DNA of 64,000 bases from an uncultured delta proteobacterium (GCA_963712115.1 CAVQGX010000040.1:1-64000); one strand, 5' to 3'; counted from the first letter of the stretch, positions 40,637 to 52,452 are shown. Program-made: numbers and translations. The notes: generated by a model not told the origin, from the sequence alone.

Positions 40637-41979
40637 ATGGTTATAATCTTGATTGGTGCTCTTCTGGTGGGCTACCTGCTCACAATGCTCAGCGCCGTCC
40701 ACAGTTTTCTTACTCGTTATTCTGCTCTTGATCTTCGTCTGTGTCTTTGTCTGGCCGGAAGCCGGTCTTTACCTGGTCATCTTTTCCATGCTCCTTTCCC
40801 CGGAAATCATCGCCGGAGATATAGGCGGTAAGGCCACTCTTGGTCGCGGGTTTACCTTGAGACTTGAAGATTTCTTATTGATATTCATTGGCCTCAGTTG
40901 GTTTGCCAGAACTGCCGTGGATAAAACCACAGGTCTTTTTCGAAAGACTCCTCTAAACCAACCCATCGCTGCTTACATTCTTGCTTGTTTTCTCGCCACT
41001 CTTTGGGGAAAGTTCACTGGCAATGTAGAGGGCAAAGCTGGCTTCTTCTTCGTTTTGAAATACTTTGAGTACATGATTGTCTTCTTCATGGTGGTCAACT
41101 ATGTTGACACCGCAGATCAGGCCAAACGTCTACTTTTCTGTCTCTTTCTCACCTGTTTCATAGTTTCCATATATGGGCTTATCCAGATACCCGGCGGAGG
41201 TAGGGTAAGCGCCCCTTTTGAAGGGGAAGTGGGAGAGCCCAATACCTTTGGTGGCTACCTGGTCTTCATGGGAGCTGTAGGCGTGGCTTTGATGGACCAT
41301 TTGAAAGATATGCGGGTACGACTTGGGTTGGCTGTGCTTTTGGGTGTCCTCCTGATAAGCCTTCTCTACACCCAGTCTCGGGCCTCATACCTGGCGGTGA
41401 TTCCAGCTTATCTCGTGCTTAGCCTTTTGAGCCAACGGAGATTCTATCTGATTGCAGGATTGATTGTTGCCCTTGCCCTAAGTCCACTTATCATTCCCCG
41501 TGTGGCCAAGGAAAGAATTGCTTATACCTTCACGCAGCCGGAAGCAAAAGGGCCAGATTCAATTTGGGAAAGTCCGGCTCGATACCTCGGCATCGGCTCG
41601 TATTATTGGTTACAAGCAGGGACTTTCGGCTTGGCGAAAAAGTCCTATTTTGGGTTACGGGGTCACCGGGTACCATTTTATGGATGCCCAATATCCCAGA
41701 ATTTTGGTTGAAACAGGTATTGTCGGCATGCTCGCTTTCGCCTGGCTCGTTTATGCACTTTTTCAGGTGGGGCTCAACACCTGGCGAGATGCACAGGACG
41801 ATCTACTGCGTGGATTATCGGTGGGACTGATCGCCGGACTGGTAGGACTGCTGGTGCATGCCATTGGCGCCAATACTTTTATTATCGTGCGAATCATGGA
41901 ACCGTTCTGGTTTCTTACTGGAATCGTTATCGCTCTATCCGCAATGGGTGAAGAAAGTAAACACGTGCATGCTTTCTGA
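40637..41979 (+). CDS. O-antigen ligase/Wzy polymerase family protein (frameshifted)
   Basis: Multi-TM; RVSAPF, EPNTFGGYL, TQSRASYL, PILGYG, LVETGIVG. Indels near 40700 and 41550. Confidence 0.8.
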
Positions 41980-42490
41980 GAATTCATGATTCAAGCTCAC
42001 CTAAGACTCACGATAAGTCTTTCACTCTTGGCTTCTAGAGCTGACTTTGTAGGATCACAACTTCTCCTCGAACTTACCATTTACTCCTGCTTTTTGCCAC
42101 CTACTGTCAATTATGTCATCTGGCTGGAAGAACGAATGTAGAGGAATAGTTTTTGCACCTTGAGATCTTTTTAACCTATATACATAGAAGCGGTGAGATT
42201 AGTCCTAGGTTGGTACTAAAATACGAAAAATAAGGTCCAACCCGGAGGATGAAAGGCCATATCAGTATCACAGGTATTTTTGTCGGTTGCGTTGTAACCG
42301 AGTTGGCGGAGCTATGTTATCGAGAGGTGGGACAGTGGACAAAAGAAGCCAGAAAATAGATTAATCATTTAGGTCTTAGAGAGGTCAACGATCGAAGGAG
42401 ATGGGGAAAGCCCTCGATAGTAAACCAGTCCCACTACACATGCATCGCCACTTCCCAGGTACTTAACAGATCCACTGAGACGTCGGTTCC

Positions 42491-43648
42491 ATGGAGCGCT
42501 TGAAGATCCTATTTCTTAGCACCTGCTATCCTACGAAAGAGGACCCAGTGGGAGGTGTTTTCGTACGCGAGCATGCTAAAGCAGTTCAGCTTTATCACGA
42601 TGTACGTGTACTTCATTGTGTCGGAACTGACTTTAATCTAAGGCGGCTATGGCGCATGCGACAAGAGACGGATGAAAGCCTTACAGAGGGCGTCCCAACT
42701 TATAGGGTCTGGTATCATAGCTTGCCCATCCCCAAAATTTGGTACTTTTTCTTCATTTGGGTTGTGTTTCAGGCTTTCCGTCAAGTTGTTTCCGAAGGTT
42801 TCCGACCAAATATCATTCATGCTCACTTCTATGATGTGGGCGTTCCCGCTGTTTTAATAGGGAAGTTTTATGATACGCCTGTTGTTGTGACGGAGCATTT
42901 TACTGGGTTTCTGAGGAAAACCATCCGTGGTTTAGAGTCGTGGAAAGCGAAATTTGCTTTTGAAAGGGCGGGCCTCGTTATGCCAGTAAGCAAATCTTTG
43001 CAGAAGGCGATTGAAGGATATGGAATAAACGCTCACTTTGCAGTTGTTCCAAACGTAGTTGACACCAACCTGTTCAATCCCGGTCCATATCCACAGCTTG
43101 ACAATCAGTTGAATCGTCTACTCTTTGTGGGCCTACTAGATGCTTCTCATAAGAAAGGAGTGCCTTATCTGCTCACTTCATTATCCATGCTGCGGCAGCT
43201 GCGGGATGATTGGCTCCTTGATATCGTGGGGGACGGACCTGCGCGACAAGAATATGAACGCATGGCTGAGGATTTGGGGATCCACGATAAGATTGAATTC
43301 CATGGCCTGAAGAGTAAACAAGAGATTTCCGAATTCATGCGCCGAGCAGACATCTTTGTTCTACCCAGCATCTGGGAGAACTTACCATGTGTGCTAATTG
43401 AAGCGATGGCCTGTGGTTTACCTATCGTTGCAACTTTTGTAGGCGGAATCCCAGAATTAATTCATAATGGGATAGGAATTCTGATACCGCCAGGCGATGC
43501 CGACAAGCTTTTGCATGCTATTGTGCAGATGATGGAGTCTCTGAATGGATTTGACCGCCGCGCAATTGCACAAACAGCAATTCAATATTGCCCAGAGTCT
43601 GTCGGCGGACTGATCCACTCAATTTACGAGGATTGTTTAAGAAGATGA
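42491..43648 (+). CDS. GT4 glycosyltransferase
   Basis: FVLPSIWENLPCVLIEAMACGLPIVAT. Confidence 0.9.
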   Translation: MERLKILFLSTCYPTKEDPVGGVFVREHAKAVQLYHDVRVLHCVGTDFNLRRLWRMRQETDESLTEGVPTYRVWYHSLPIPKIWYFFFIWVVFQAFRQVVSEGFRPNIIHAHFYDVGVPAVLIGKFYDTPVVVTEHFTGFLRKTIRGLESWKAKFAFERAGLVMPVSKSLQKAIEGYGINAHFAVVPNVVDTNLFNPGPYPQLDNQLNRLLFVGLLDASHKKGVPYLLTSLSMLRQLRDDWLLDIVGDGPARQEYERMAEDLGIHDKIEFHGLKSKQEISEFMRRADIFVLPSIWENLPCVLIEAMACGLPIVATFVGGIPELIHNGIGILIPPGDADKLLHAIVQMMESLNGFDRRAIAQTAIQYCPESVGGLIHSIYEDCLRR

Positions 43649-44448
43649 ATCCCTACATTAAGCTACCCAAAGTTCCCGTTGTAAATGGACGACAAGAGGT
43701 AATTCTCGGGAAATGTGCGAACAAAAGCGTTCTGCATCTCGGATGTGTCGACTCTGGCCTAGTGCTTGACCGGTTTAATAGAGGAGAACTCATGCATCAA
43801 AAGCTATCAAATGTTGCAAGCGAACTTTGGGGGATAGACATAGATGCAGAAGGTATTTCCTACCTAAGCAGCAAAGGTTTCGACAATCTCATTGCTGACG
43901 ATATTTGTGATCTGGATAGGATTGAGGTACTACAAAAGCAAAGCTTTGATGTGATTGTAGCCAGCGAGATCATCGAACACTTGGAAAACCCTGGGCTCTT
44001 TCTAAACTCTGTAAAAGGTTTAATGGTACCTGAAAAAACAGAATTGATCGTCACTGTTCCGAACGCTTTTCGCATCGATACTCTAATCTGGCTTTTTCGG
44101 GGAATTGAGTATGTCCACCCCGATCACAATTATTGGTTTTCCTACCATACGGCAACTAACCTACTACAAAAAAGTTATTTTGAAATCAGTGACATATATG
44201 TTTATACCTTTCAACCGTTAAGAATTTTACCCAGCAGGATGGGCAGGATTATTGAGGGACAAGAAGGAGTTACAAAGAATCGTGACACCGGAAAGGATCG
44301 CCCTGCCTCAAAGTCTTTCTTCGAACTTTTTTATTCTTATCTCAGATCTTTGCCAAGACGTTTGGTGGTTTCCTTGCTGTACAAAAGAACTCCATTTTGG
44401 GGTGATGGAATCATTATTATAGCGAAATCTACTGGAAATGACTGTTAA
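43645..44448 (+). CDS. Class I SAM methyltransferase
   Basis: VLHLGC, WGIDID, SEIIEHLENPG, TVPN. Confidence 0.85.
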   Translation: MNPYIKLPKVPVVNGRQEVILGKCANKSVLHLGCVDSGLVLDRFNRGELMHQKLSNVASELWGIDIDAEGISYLSSKGFDNLIADDICDLDRIEVLQKQSFDVIVASEIIEHLENPGLFLNSVKGLMVPEKTELIVTVPNAFRIDTLIWLFRGIEYVHPDHNYWFSYHTATNLLQKSYFEISDIYVYTFQPLRILPSRMGRIIEGQEGVTKNRDTGKDRPASKSFFELFYSYLRSLPRRLVVSLLYKRTPFWGDGIIIIAKSTGNDC

Positions 44449-45757
44449 CAGTTTCATCAGAATACAGAGCTTCTTAAAGGATGTAAGTATTAGAAGTCCT
44501 TTTATACAGAATGTCACATCAACATTCCTGGTCCGAGTCCTCTCTCTGTTCTTTTCCATCGTTAACGCAGCCATCATCGCACGCTTGCTAGGACCAGAGG
44601 GCAAGGGGATGTTGGCACTAGCGCTCTTAGTACCAGGGATGTTAGGACTCTTCTTGAGCGGTGGGATTGAGGTGGCCAATGTGTATTTTGCAGGCTCGCG
44701 ACGACTGGATGTGCCTACCCTTTCAGCAAACTCTGTAGCTTTTACGATATTGGCTACAATCGTAGGCCTCGGATTGGTATTTGCTTTGGGGGCTGCTGGC
44801 TGGCTCAAAGTTATAGTTCCAGGAGTTCCTGCCTGGATCTTATTCATCGCAATGTTAGGGTTCCCAATCAGCCTGCTCAATGGCTTTTTTAGCACTATCT
44901 TACAAGGGCTTCAACGAATTGTTACACTTAACCTCATTAGCCTTTTCAATGGCTTTCTAACGTTGATTCTGACTTTAATGCTCGTTGTTGCCTTGAGGTT
45001 TGGTCTGATCGGAGCCCTGGTAGCTACTTTACTATCTGGAGTCTTAAGTCTTATTGTCTTGGTTTTCTTTTTACGTCGCGAAGGTGGTGTTCTTATCCCC
45101 CGTTGGGAACGCTCAGTAGTTCGCTCCACACTTTCTTTTGGTCTTAAAGGTCAGATTGGCAATATGCTCCAGTTTTTTAATTACCGTCTGGACATGTTCA
45201 TCTTGAATGGCTTTCTGGGACCAGCTAATGTAGGAATCTACGCTGTTTCGGTGAAACTCGCGGAGCTTCTCTGGTATCTTCCGAATGCAGTTGGCTTCGT
45301 TATCTTCCCTAAGGCCGCAGCCTCAAGACCCGAAGAGATGAACCGCTTCACCCCGAGGGTATTTCTAATTACACTTGGGTTGACAGCCCTCGGGGGACTA
45401 TGTTTAACCTTGGTCGGACGGCCAGCTATCGATCTCGTTTTCTCCTCTGCCTTTGCTGCTGCTTACGTACCTATGTTGCTGTTGCTCCCAGGGGTAGTGT
45501 TATTAGGAGGGGCCAAAGTATTGACTAATGAAATAGCAGGACGGGGCTACCCTCATTACAACTCAATAAATTCTGGTTTGGCCCTAGTCATTACAGTTGT
45601 GCTCGACCTTCTCCTCATTCCCCGCTATGGGGTAGTGGGTGCTGCACTAGCCTCCAGCGTAGCCTACATAGTAGTTTTCCTTACTGCTATCGGCTTCTAT
45701 TTAACTGTTAGTCGAAAGGCGAAAGGATCATCTCCGCTGCAAGTGTCCACTCCATAG
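44438..45757 (+). CDS. wzx: Wzx flippase (polysaccharide biosynthesis/MOP family)
   Basis: ARLLGPEGKG, NYRLDMFIL, VGIYAVS, LLIPRYGVVGAALAS; many TM helices. Confidence 0.88.
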   Translation: MTVNSFIRIQSFLKDVSIRSPFIQNVTSTFLVRVLSLFFSIVNAAIIARLLGPEGKGMLALALLVPGMLGLFLSGGIEVANVYFAGSRRLDVPTLSANSVAFTILATIVGLGLVFALGAAGWLKVIVPGVPAWILFIAMLGFPISLLNGFFSTILQGLQRIVTLNLISLFNGFLTLILTLMLVVALRFGLIGALVATLLSGVLSLIVLVFFLRREGGVLIPRWERSVVRSTLSFGLKGQIGNMLQFFNYRLDMFILNGFLGPANVGIYAVSVKLAELLWYLPNAVGFVIFPKAAASRPEEMNRFTPRVFLITLGLTALGGLCLTLVGRPAIDLVFSSAFAAAYVPMLLLLPGVVLLGGAKVLTNEIAGRGYPHYNSINSGLALVITVVLDLLLIPRYGVVGAALASSVAYIVVFLTAIGFYLTVSRKAKGSSPLQVSTP

Positions 45758-45990
45758 ACCCAGATTCAACACACCCAACATTCCGATCTAACGCGCCAAG
45801 CATGATCACCACGCTAAGGTTGATGCCAACACATAATATTCATTCATTATTGCTCATGGTTTACACAATCTCCAACAATTTAGTCACTAACACTTTCGGC
45901 ATTCTTCCGTCAAAAATATACACCAGTCTCATGGAACATTAAGACCACTTATAACAGTATACTGTAAATCGCTAATTATCGTAAAATACA

Positions 45991-46998
45991 ATGGATAATC
46001 TTTTTAATTACATCAAAACAGTATACAGACTACTCAAAAGCAGATACCAAATGGTCAAGACACTACCTTCGGTATTTGGTTTTGAAATGACGACGAGATG
46101 TAATTCCCAATGTCCAATGTGCGCACGTCGTGAGATTGAAAATATTCCACAGTATGATATGGAATTTGAAATTATAGAAAAAGTGATCATGGAAGTTAAA
46201 GATTGGTACCAGGGGAGGACACTGTTCAACCTTACAGGTCTGTCTGAACCAACATTATACCCGAAGCTTGTTGATGCTGTCGCTTTGATAAAAAATCACA
46301 TTCCTCAGGCAAAGGTCAAGATAATAACTAATGCCATTGATTTAAATGAAAACCTGTCTGCACGCTTAATAAAAGCAGGGTTAGACCAAATTACGATAAG
46401 CTTGAATGGAGTAAATAAAGTAGATTATCTCAAGCTAAACGGTGTCGATGAATACGAAAATGTCTTAATTAATATAGAATCACTTATTAGAAATAGAGCA
46501 AATGGAAATACCGCCCATCCCATATTGAATATTAACCTCAAAATACACGAAGGAAATATTGAGGATATTCCACAAGCACGGTTACATTGGAGTAAAATTA
46601 TTTTGAAATCAGATGGTATTAGTATTTCTGAAATCCTCCCACTCACAAAAAGCGGCGATACGAACTTTTTCAGGAATTCAACGATAAAGAACAGGTATCC
46701 CTGTACCCATTTGTGGGGAGAAGTTAAACTAGATGTCAATGGGAATATTTATCCTTGCGACGGGAAAGTGATGGATTACAACTTCCGCGAGAAAAGCGAA
46801 CTTTTTCTCGACAATATCAATGAAACCACTATAAATAATGCTTACCTTTCACAGAAAGTTTCTTGGTTTCGCAAAAAACATTTGCAGAATGACATAAAGT
46901 CCTTACCTACCTGCGTTCAGTGCCCAATCTGGTCAATCTTCCCCAACGTCTGGATAGCAAATAGATTTCTGCCATTGTTAAAACGCAAGTGGCTTTAG
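45991..46998 (+). CDS. Radical SAM protein with SPASM/twitch domain (likely glycan-modifying)
   Basis: CNSQCPMC; PCTHLW...DVNGNIYPC...CVQC; inside the EPS locus with no RRE nearby. Confidence 0.85.
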   Translation: MDNLFNYIKTVYRLLKSRYQMVKTLPSVFGFEMTTRCNSQCPMCARREIENIPQYDMEFEIIEKVIMEVKDWYQGRTLFNLTGLSEPTLYPKLVDAVALIKNHIPQAKVKIITNAIDLNENLSARLIKAGLDQITISLNGVNKVDYLKLNGVDEYENVLINIESLIRNRANGNTAHPILNINLKIHEGNIEDIPQARLHWSKIILKSDGISISEILPLTKSGDTNFFRNSTIKNRYPCTHLWGEVKLDVNGNIYPCDGKVMDYNFREKSELFLDNINETTINNAYLSQKVSWFRKKHLQNDIKSLPTCVQCPIWSIFPNVWIANRFLPLLKRKWL

Positions 46999-47009
46999 CA
47001 TCCGTCCAA

Positions 47010-48368
47010 ATGAAAAACGTCCTAATGATCGCATATAATTATCCTCCACTTGCTGGAATGGGTATGCTACGAAGCCTTAAGCTCGCAAAATATTTACCCA
47101 CTTTTGGCTGGAAGCCAATCATTTTGACCGTTTCTACCTCAGTAGTCAAGCACATAAGTTCCCCATATTGGATCTGTGACGAATCTGAAGGTAATCTGCC
47201 CAATGTGAATATCATTCGCACTAAGTTTTTTTCTTTAAATCTGCTAAGTAAATATCTTACAAGCATCTTTCCACATACTAAAAGTAATAAATATGTTGAC
47301 AACGCAGGAGTTAACAAAACTCAGAAATCGAAAAGTATTATAAGAAATGTCTTGTTATCTTTTTGTAATAAATGGTTACTATTTCCAGATAACACTATTA
47401 CATGGTATCCATTTGCTGTAAGACAATCACTGCAATACATAAAACAACAACGCATCAACCTAATTTTTAGCACATCTCTTCCCATAACAAGCCATATTAT
47501 AGCTCGTTCCATTTCAAGAAAAACCAATGTTCCCTGGGTCGCTGATTTCAGGGATCCCTGGTCGCGGCCTCATTACGATGACTCGGGCAGTTTGAGAAAA
47601 CGCATTGACACCTTAATCGAAACTAGAGTTATAAGTAGCGCACATGCATTGACAACTGTCTCCGAGCCACTTAGAGACCGCCTTATTGAAGTGCATAAAG
47701 ATTTTGAAGATGGAATCTTTGTCATCTACAATGGATACGATCCAGATGATTATGGCGCCTCGGAAATTGAATCGCAGCCCTATTTTAATATTACCTTCAC
47801 AGGCAGAATGTACGACATTGATTTTAATGGAAAAGGTAGAACACCCGAACTTCTATTCCAAGCATTAGAGCAACTACACACGGAGGAAAGAATTGACCTC
47901 TGCAAAGTAAAAGTCAATCTGTATGGAGAATACCCAAATGACCTATACCACCTAATATCCAAGTATCAATTGCAGGATTCGGTGAGATGTTTAGGCCCTG
48001 TATCTTTTAGAGAATCCATCGCTGCCCAACAGCATGCCACAATTCTTCTTCTGCTAAATTGGGATGATTCAGACTACGAGGGGATTCTAACCGGCAAAAT
48101 CTTTGAATATCTCGGTGCCTGCAAACCAATTTTGGCCATTCCTTTTTACAATCGAAGTGTTGATACAGTTTTGAATAAAACCAAAGCTGGGATCACAATT
48201 ACAGACTTAGACTCTCTGAAAAATCAACTTTTTAAATGGTATCAACAATATATCAAAAAAGGCAGTATTGCTTATAGAGGAATTAGGAAAGAAATTGAAA
48301 AATTTTCCAGATTAAAAGCTGCTGAGGACATGTCTCGAATATTTGAAGAAGTGCACCACAATAAATAA
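47010..48368 (+). CDS. GT4 glycosyltransferase
   Basis: MIAYNYPP..G.G..R..K..KYL, ADFRDPW, GKIFEYL. Confidence 0.85.
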   Translation: MKNVLMIAYNYPPLAGMGMLRSLKLAKYLPTFGWKPIILTVSTSVVKHISSPYWICDESEGNLPNVNIIRTKFFSLNLLSKYLTSIFPHTKSNKYVDNAGVNKTQKSKSIIRNVLLSFCNKWLLFPDNTITWYPFAVRQSLQYIKQQRINLIFSTSLPITSHIIARSISRKTNVPWVADFRDPWSRPHYDDSGSLRKRIDTLIETRVISSAHALTTVSEPLRDRLIEVHKDFEDGIFVIYNGYDPDDYGASEIESQPYFNITFTGRMYDIDFNGKGRTPELLFQALEQLHTEERIDLCKVKVNLYGEYPNDLYHLISKYQLQDSVRCLGPVSFRESIAAQQHATILLLLNWDDSDYEGILTGKIFEYLGACKPILAIPFYNRSVDTVLNKTKAGITITDLDSLKNQLFKWYQQYIKKGSIAYRGIRKEIEKFSRLKAAEDMSRIFEEVHHNK

Positions 48369-48434
48369 AGTTAAACCATTTGCTAACGTCATTATCATTA
48401 TTTTCAACCGTCAGGCTGTAACGGAGATATTATC

Positions 48435-49418
48435 TTGAGAATTGGCTTGATTGGCGCCGGTGCTATAGCTAAAACAGCATACTTACCTGCTTTAACAAGA
48501 TTATCGCATATTCACCTCAATGCAATTGTTGATAGCAATTCTCAGATCCTTAATGACTTATCTTCTGAGTATCGTTTGGGCTACCTCGGTGATGCAGTCA
48601 CCCAGAGTCTGGAACATGTTGATGCCGTCATCGTGGCTGTCCCAAACCATCTTCATTTTCCTATTTCCAAAACGTGCCTAGAGGCAGGCAAACACGTATT
48701 GTGTGAAAAGCCGATAACCATATCTAGTGAGGAATGTGATGAGTTGATCTATCTGGCAGATAAGTATTCCCTGAAGCTCGCGGTAGCACACACTCGTCGC
48801 TTTTACAAAGCAGCAAAAAGAATCAAGCAAATCATTACGAGCGAGGAACTTGGTGAGGTAAAAACTTTCGATTTTGAGGAAGGGACAGTTTTTGATTGGC
48901 CGACAGCTTCCGGTTTCTTTTTCGATAAACAAAAGGCTGGCGGTGGCGTACTCATGGACATCGGTGTGCATGTCCTCGATTTACTTCTTTGGTGGTTACC
49001 CTACGAAGTTGTGCACCTCGACTGTCAAGATGATAGTTTGGGGGGCGTTGAGGCTTTTACTAGAATCAAAATGGAGATGTCGAACGGCATAAAAGGCAAC
49101 GTAACTCTAAGTCGATTAAGTGTATTAAGAAATGGGTATAGACTTCAGTTTGAAAAAGGAAATATCGAATGGAATCCACTTTTTCCGAAAAGGATTTATG
49201 TTCACAATATTTCTAAGATATCAAAGAAGGTAATAAAGATTAGAAAAGAATTACCTGTAGATGACTTGCTCTCTGATTTTATTGATGCAATTGAGAATGA
49301 CAGAAGGCCTCTTGCATCCGCTGACGATGGTCTTAGAGTTATGCAGTTAATTGAGAGATGTTATCATTCTAGAGAGCCACTCCCCCTAGAATGGCTTAAA
49401 ACAAAAGAGAATTCTTGA
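48435..49418 (+). CDS. Gfo/Idh/MocA oxidoreductase
   Basis: GLIGAGAIA, HVLCEKP, GGGVLMDIGVH. Confidence 0.9.
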   Translation: MRIGLIGAGAIAKTAYLPALTRLSHIHLNAIVDSNSQILNDLSSEYRLGYLGDAVTQSLEHVDAVIVAVPNHLHFPISKTCLEAGKHVLCEKPITISSEECDELIYLADKYSLKLAVAHTRRFYKAAKRIKQIITSEELGEVKTFDFEEGTVFDWPTASGFFFDKQKAGGGVLMDIGVHVLDLLLWWLPYEVVHLDCQDDSLGGVEAFTRIKMEMSNGIKGNVTLSRLSVLRNGYRLQFEKGNIEWNPLFPKRIYVHNISKISKKVIKIRKELPVDDLLSDFIDAIENDRRPLASADDGLRVMQLIERCYHSREPLPLEWLKTKENS

Positions 49419-50497
49419 TGGCATTAAAAGAGAAAAAGGTACTAATTACCGGGTCATCAGGATTTATCGGAGGAAGAATAGCAGAACGATTATGGATTGA
49501 CGATCGTGTAAAGTCTCATTGTTTAATACGCAACTTTTCAAATGCTGCCAGACTGGGACGCCTTCCAGTAAAGATGATTTCCGGGGATTTATTAGAAAGG
49601 GAATCTATTGAGAAGGCTCTAGAGGGCTGTGATGTTGTTTACCATTGTGCCTATGGCAACACGAATGATGCCCAACTTAACAGATCCATTAATGAGGAGG
49701 GCACAAAGAATCTGGGTGAAATGGCCCTTAAAAGTAGTGTAAAAAAATTTGTATATCTCAGCTCAGTGGCTGTTTATGGGTCGAATCCACCCGAGATGGT
49801 TACTGAAGACACACCAGTACAATTTTCGAATGACGAATATGGCAACAGTAAGATCAGGGCTGAAAAGATTTGTGACGGTCTATTAAAAAAAGGATTGCCA
49901 GTAGTAATTATACGCCCCACAATAGTTTTTGGACCATTTTCACCAATCTGGACAATTGGAGCGATAAAAAGGGTCCTTGTTGGTGGTTGGGAAAAAATTC
50001 AAAATATAAACGGGATGTGTAATGCCGTTTATATAGATGACTTAGTCGACAGCTTATTTTCAGTTACCAGAATTGACAAAGCATTCGGCGAAACCTTCAT
50101 AATTTCTGGCAGGTCACCAATTACATGGAATGATTTTTATGGAGCATATATTGAGTTGGCAGGTTTACCCGCACCCCGAATAGTCTCCAAGCGGAAAAAA
50201 ATGGTGAAGTCAAATTTTGGCAATTTATTGAGGATAGGTGTCAATATATCTAGAAAGACTTTCGAGCCCGAGCTGGTTGATTTCTACCTCTTGATGCAGA
50301 AAAAGTATCCACAATTCACCAGAAGCCTTGATGGTCTAATTAGAGGTGGTATCAAATCCAACGAAATAAACAAATTTTCTCAAAAGACGGTCTATTCAAT
50401 TGATAAAGCAAAAAAGATACTAGGGTATTCGCCCAGATCCTTTGAAGAAGGGATGAAAGTAACTGGTGATTGGTTAAAACACCACGCATATATTTAA
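49418..50497 (+). CDS. NAD-dependent epimerase/dehydratase (extended SDR)
   Basis: TGSSGFIG, SSVAVYG, YGNSK, IRPTIVFGP. Confidence 0.9.
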   Translation: MALKEKKVLITGSSGFIGGRIAERLWIDDRVKSHCLIRNFSNAARLGRLPVKMISGDLLERESIEKALEGCDVVYHCAYGNTNDAQLNRSINEEGTKNLGEMALKSSVKKFVYLSSVAVYGSNPPEMVTEDTPVQFSNDEYGNSKIRAEKICDGLLKKGLPVVIIRPTIVFGPFSPIWTIGAIKRVLVGGWEKIQNINGMCNAVYIDDLVDSLFSVTRIDKAFGETFIISGRSPITWNDFYGAYIELAGLPAPRIVSKRKKMVKSNFGNLLRIGVNISRKTFEPELVDFYLLMQKKYPQFTRSLDGLIRGGIKSNEINKFSQKTVYSIDKAKKILGYSPRSFEEGMKVTGDWLKHHAYI

Positions 50498-50521
50498 GTT
50501 TGATCCATTGGTTGAACAGAC

Positions 50522-51688
50522 ATGAACAAGGAGTACAATATATTTATCATTGCCTATTGGCATGATCCTCGCTTTAAGAAGAAAATAGGGGGCCTGATTA
50601 GAATCTTTGATCTGGCGGACAATCTAATCGAGCAAGGTCATAGTGTAAGTCTGTTTTTGCCGAAAATAGGATTTCCCAAGAAGCAGACAGTTGCCAAGGT
50701 AATAGAAATTCTGTTCATCGATCTTCCAATTCTTAGACCTATTTCGTTTCATTTGATGTCCAGTATGGCCCTATTGTTCAAACTTAAGAATCATCCAGAT
50801 TTGCTGTATGCACGGCAGATGAACTCTTTTGTACCGATGTTAATCGCCAAACTATTCAAGATACCTTCATTTTTCGAGATTCCGAATGATCCCTATCTAG
50901 CATATCGATCAAAAAGTCAAATACGGATGTTGCTCGAAAGAATGATAGATAAGTACTCTATTAAACTCTCCGACAATATTGTTGTTCTCTCTGAATGGAG
51001 TAAACGCCGACTGAACCAATTGGGTGGTGTGCCCCTTTCGAAAGTAATGGTCTTGCCAAGCGGTACAGATACAGAGCTGTTTAGGCCTCTGTCGAAGGAG
51101 GAATGCTGCACCAGACTTGGTCTTGACCCTTCATTTTCTTACGTTGGTTTTGTTGGTTCTTTTTTCTTTCATCAGGGCATCGATACCTTAATAGACTCTG
51201 CTCAGAACGTCCTAGAGAGATTCACTGATACTCGTTTTTTGCTTGTTGGCGACGGCCCAATGATGGATACCTGGAAACAAAAGGTAAATCATCAGGGTCT
51301 TGGACGGGCCTTTGTTTTTTCTGGACATGTGCCTTACCAGAATGTCCCAGAGTACATTGGAGTCATGGACATCTGTGTTGCCCCTCATCGCAAGGATACC
51401 AATCAAGCCTCTCCTGTTAAGATTTTTGATTATATGGCCTGCGGCAGACCTATTGTGGCTAGTGATATTGAAGTAATTCGTGAGATTATAGGAGATAGTA
51501 GATGTGCCCTGTTGGTACCCCCAGAGTCTCCTCACCATTTATCTGTCGCTATCACTTCTTTAATTGAGGACGATATATTGTTAAATGCAATGTCCATGAG
51601 AGCAAGACAACATGTAATTGACAACTTTGATAGAAAGAAGATTCCGGAGAATTTGATTTTTGCTCTCAACAAACTAGCTGCCAGATAA
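50522..51688 (+). CDS. GT4 glycosyltransferase
   Basis: SPVKIFDYMACGRPIVAS. Confidence 0.9.
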   Translation: MNKEYNIFIIAYWHDPRFKKKIGGLIRIFDLADNLIEQGHSVSLFLPKIGFPKKQTVAKVIEILFIDLPILRPISFHLMSSMALLFKLKNHPDLLYARQMNSFVPMLIAKLFKIPSFFEIPNDPYLAYRSKSQIRMLLERMIDKYSIKLSDNIVVLSEWSKRRLNQLGGVPLSKVMVLPSGTDTELFRPLSKEECCTRLGLDPSFSYVGFVGSFFFHQGIDTLIDSAQNVLERFTDTRFLLVGDGPMMDTWKQKVNHQGLGRAFVFSGHVPYQNVPEYIGVMDICVAPHRKDTNQASPVKIFDYMACGRPIVASDIEVIREIIGDSRCALLVPPESPHHLSVAITSLIEDDILLNAMSMRARQHVIDNFDRKKIPENLIFALNKLAAR

Positions 51689-51731
51689 TCTTACCGTTAC
51701 GAACAGAATAATCATAGCTGAGAAATTTCAA

Positions 51732-52415
51732 GTGAGAGATCCACAAACCACACATGACGACGAGTGGCGAACTGGATGGAAATCTCTTCCATCAGCTCTC
51801 GAGGATGAAGACAGGTTTCAGCTAGTAAGTGGACTAATCTCGCCACTTTCTCCCCAGACTATTTTTGACCTTGGTTGTGGTGACGGGTATCAAGCTGAGA
51901 TTATAAAAATGACGATGTCAAGTGTAGTAGTAAATGGCTGTGATATTTCTCCTGCCGCTATTGAAAGAGCATCCAAACGAATGGATTCCTGCTACAACTT
52001 GGATATTGACAGATCAGATTTACCAGAAGATTCTGAATCCTATGACATAGTGGTATGCATAGCCGTCTTAGAGCATCTATACGATGTATCTCACGCATTA
52101 AAAGAAATTCATCGGATCCTGATACCCGGAAAATATGTTCTAGTTCAGGTGCCAAATGTTACTTTTTGGAGGTTTCGTCTTGAAATACTCCTAGGCAGAT
52201 TGCCTTACGTTTTGGCAGACGAGAGGCACCTTCATAGTTTCAATAAAAGTTTTCTCTTGGAAAGATTACAGCTTGCAGGATTTACTAACTTCAGCATCTA
52301 TGGCCAAAGACATCGGATCAAATGGCTTGCCAAACTATCTCCCTCACTTTTCAGTGAAAACCTTTTTGTCTTGGCGCAGAAACGCACTGTCGACCCTAAA
52401 GAAACTACTGATTAG
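51732..52415 (+). CDS. Class I SAM methyltransferase
   Basis: FDLGCGDG, GCDIS, VLEHL, QVPN. Confidence 0.85.
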   Translation: MRDPQTTHDDEWRTGWKSLPSALEDEDRFQLVSGLISPLSPQTIFDLGCGDGYQAEIIKMTMSSVVVNGCDISPAAIERASKRMDSCYNLDIDRSDLPEDSESYDIVVCIAVLEHLYDVSHALKEIHRILIPGKYVLVQVPNVTFWRFRLEILLGRLPYVLADERHLHSFNKSFLLERLQLAGFTNFSIYGQRHRIKWLAKLSPSLFSENLFVLAQKRTVDPKETTD

Positions 52416-52452
52416 CTTGTTTCTCTACCCAGATTGATTCTCTGCAAAACTC

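Noticed and set aside
41980-42490. Possible ncRNA/JUMPstart-ops element or small ORF in the 500-bp gap of the EPS locus
   Set aside because: I could not find a convincing ops consensus, stable structure or coding signal by eye.
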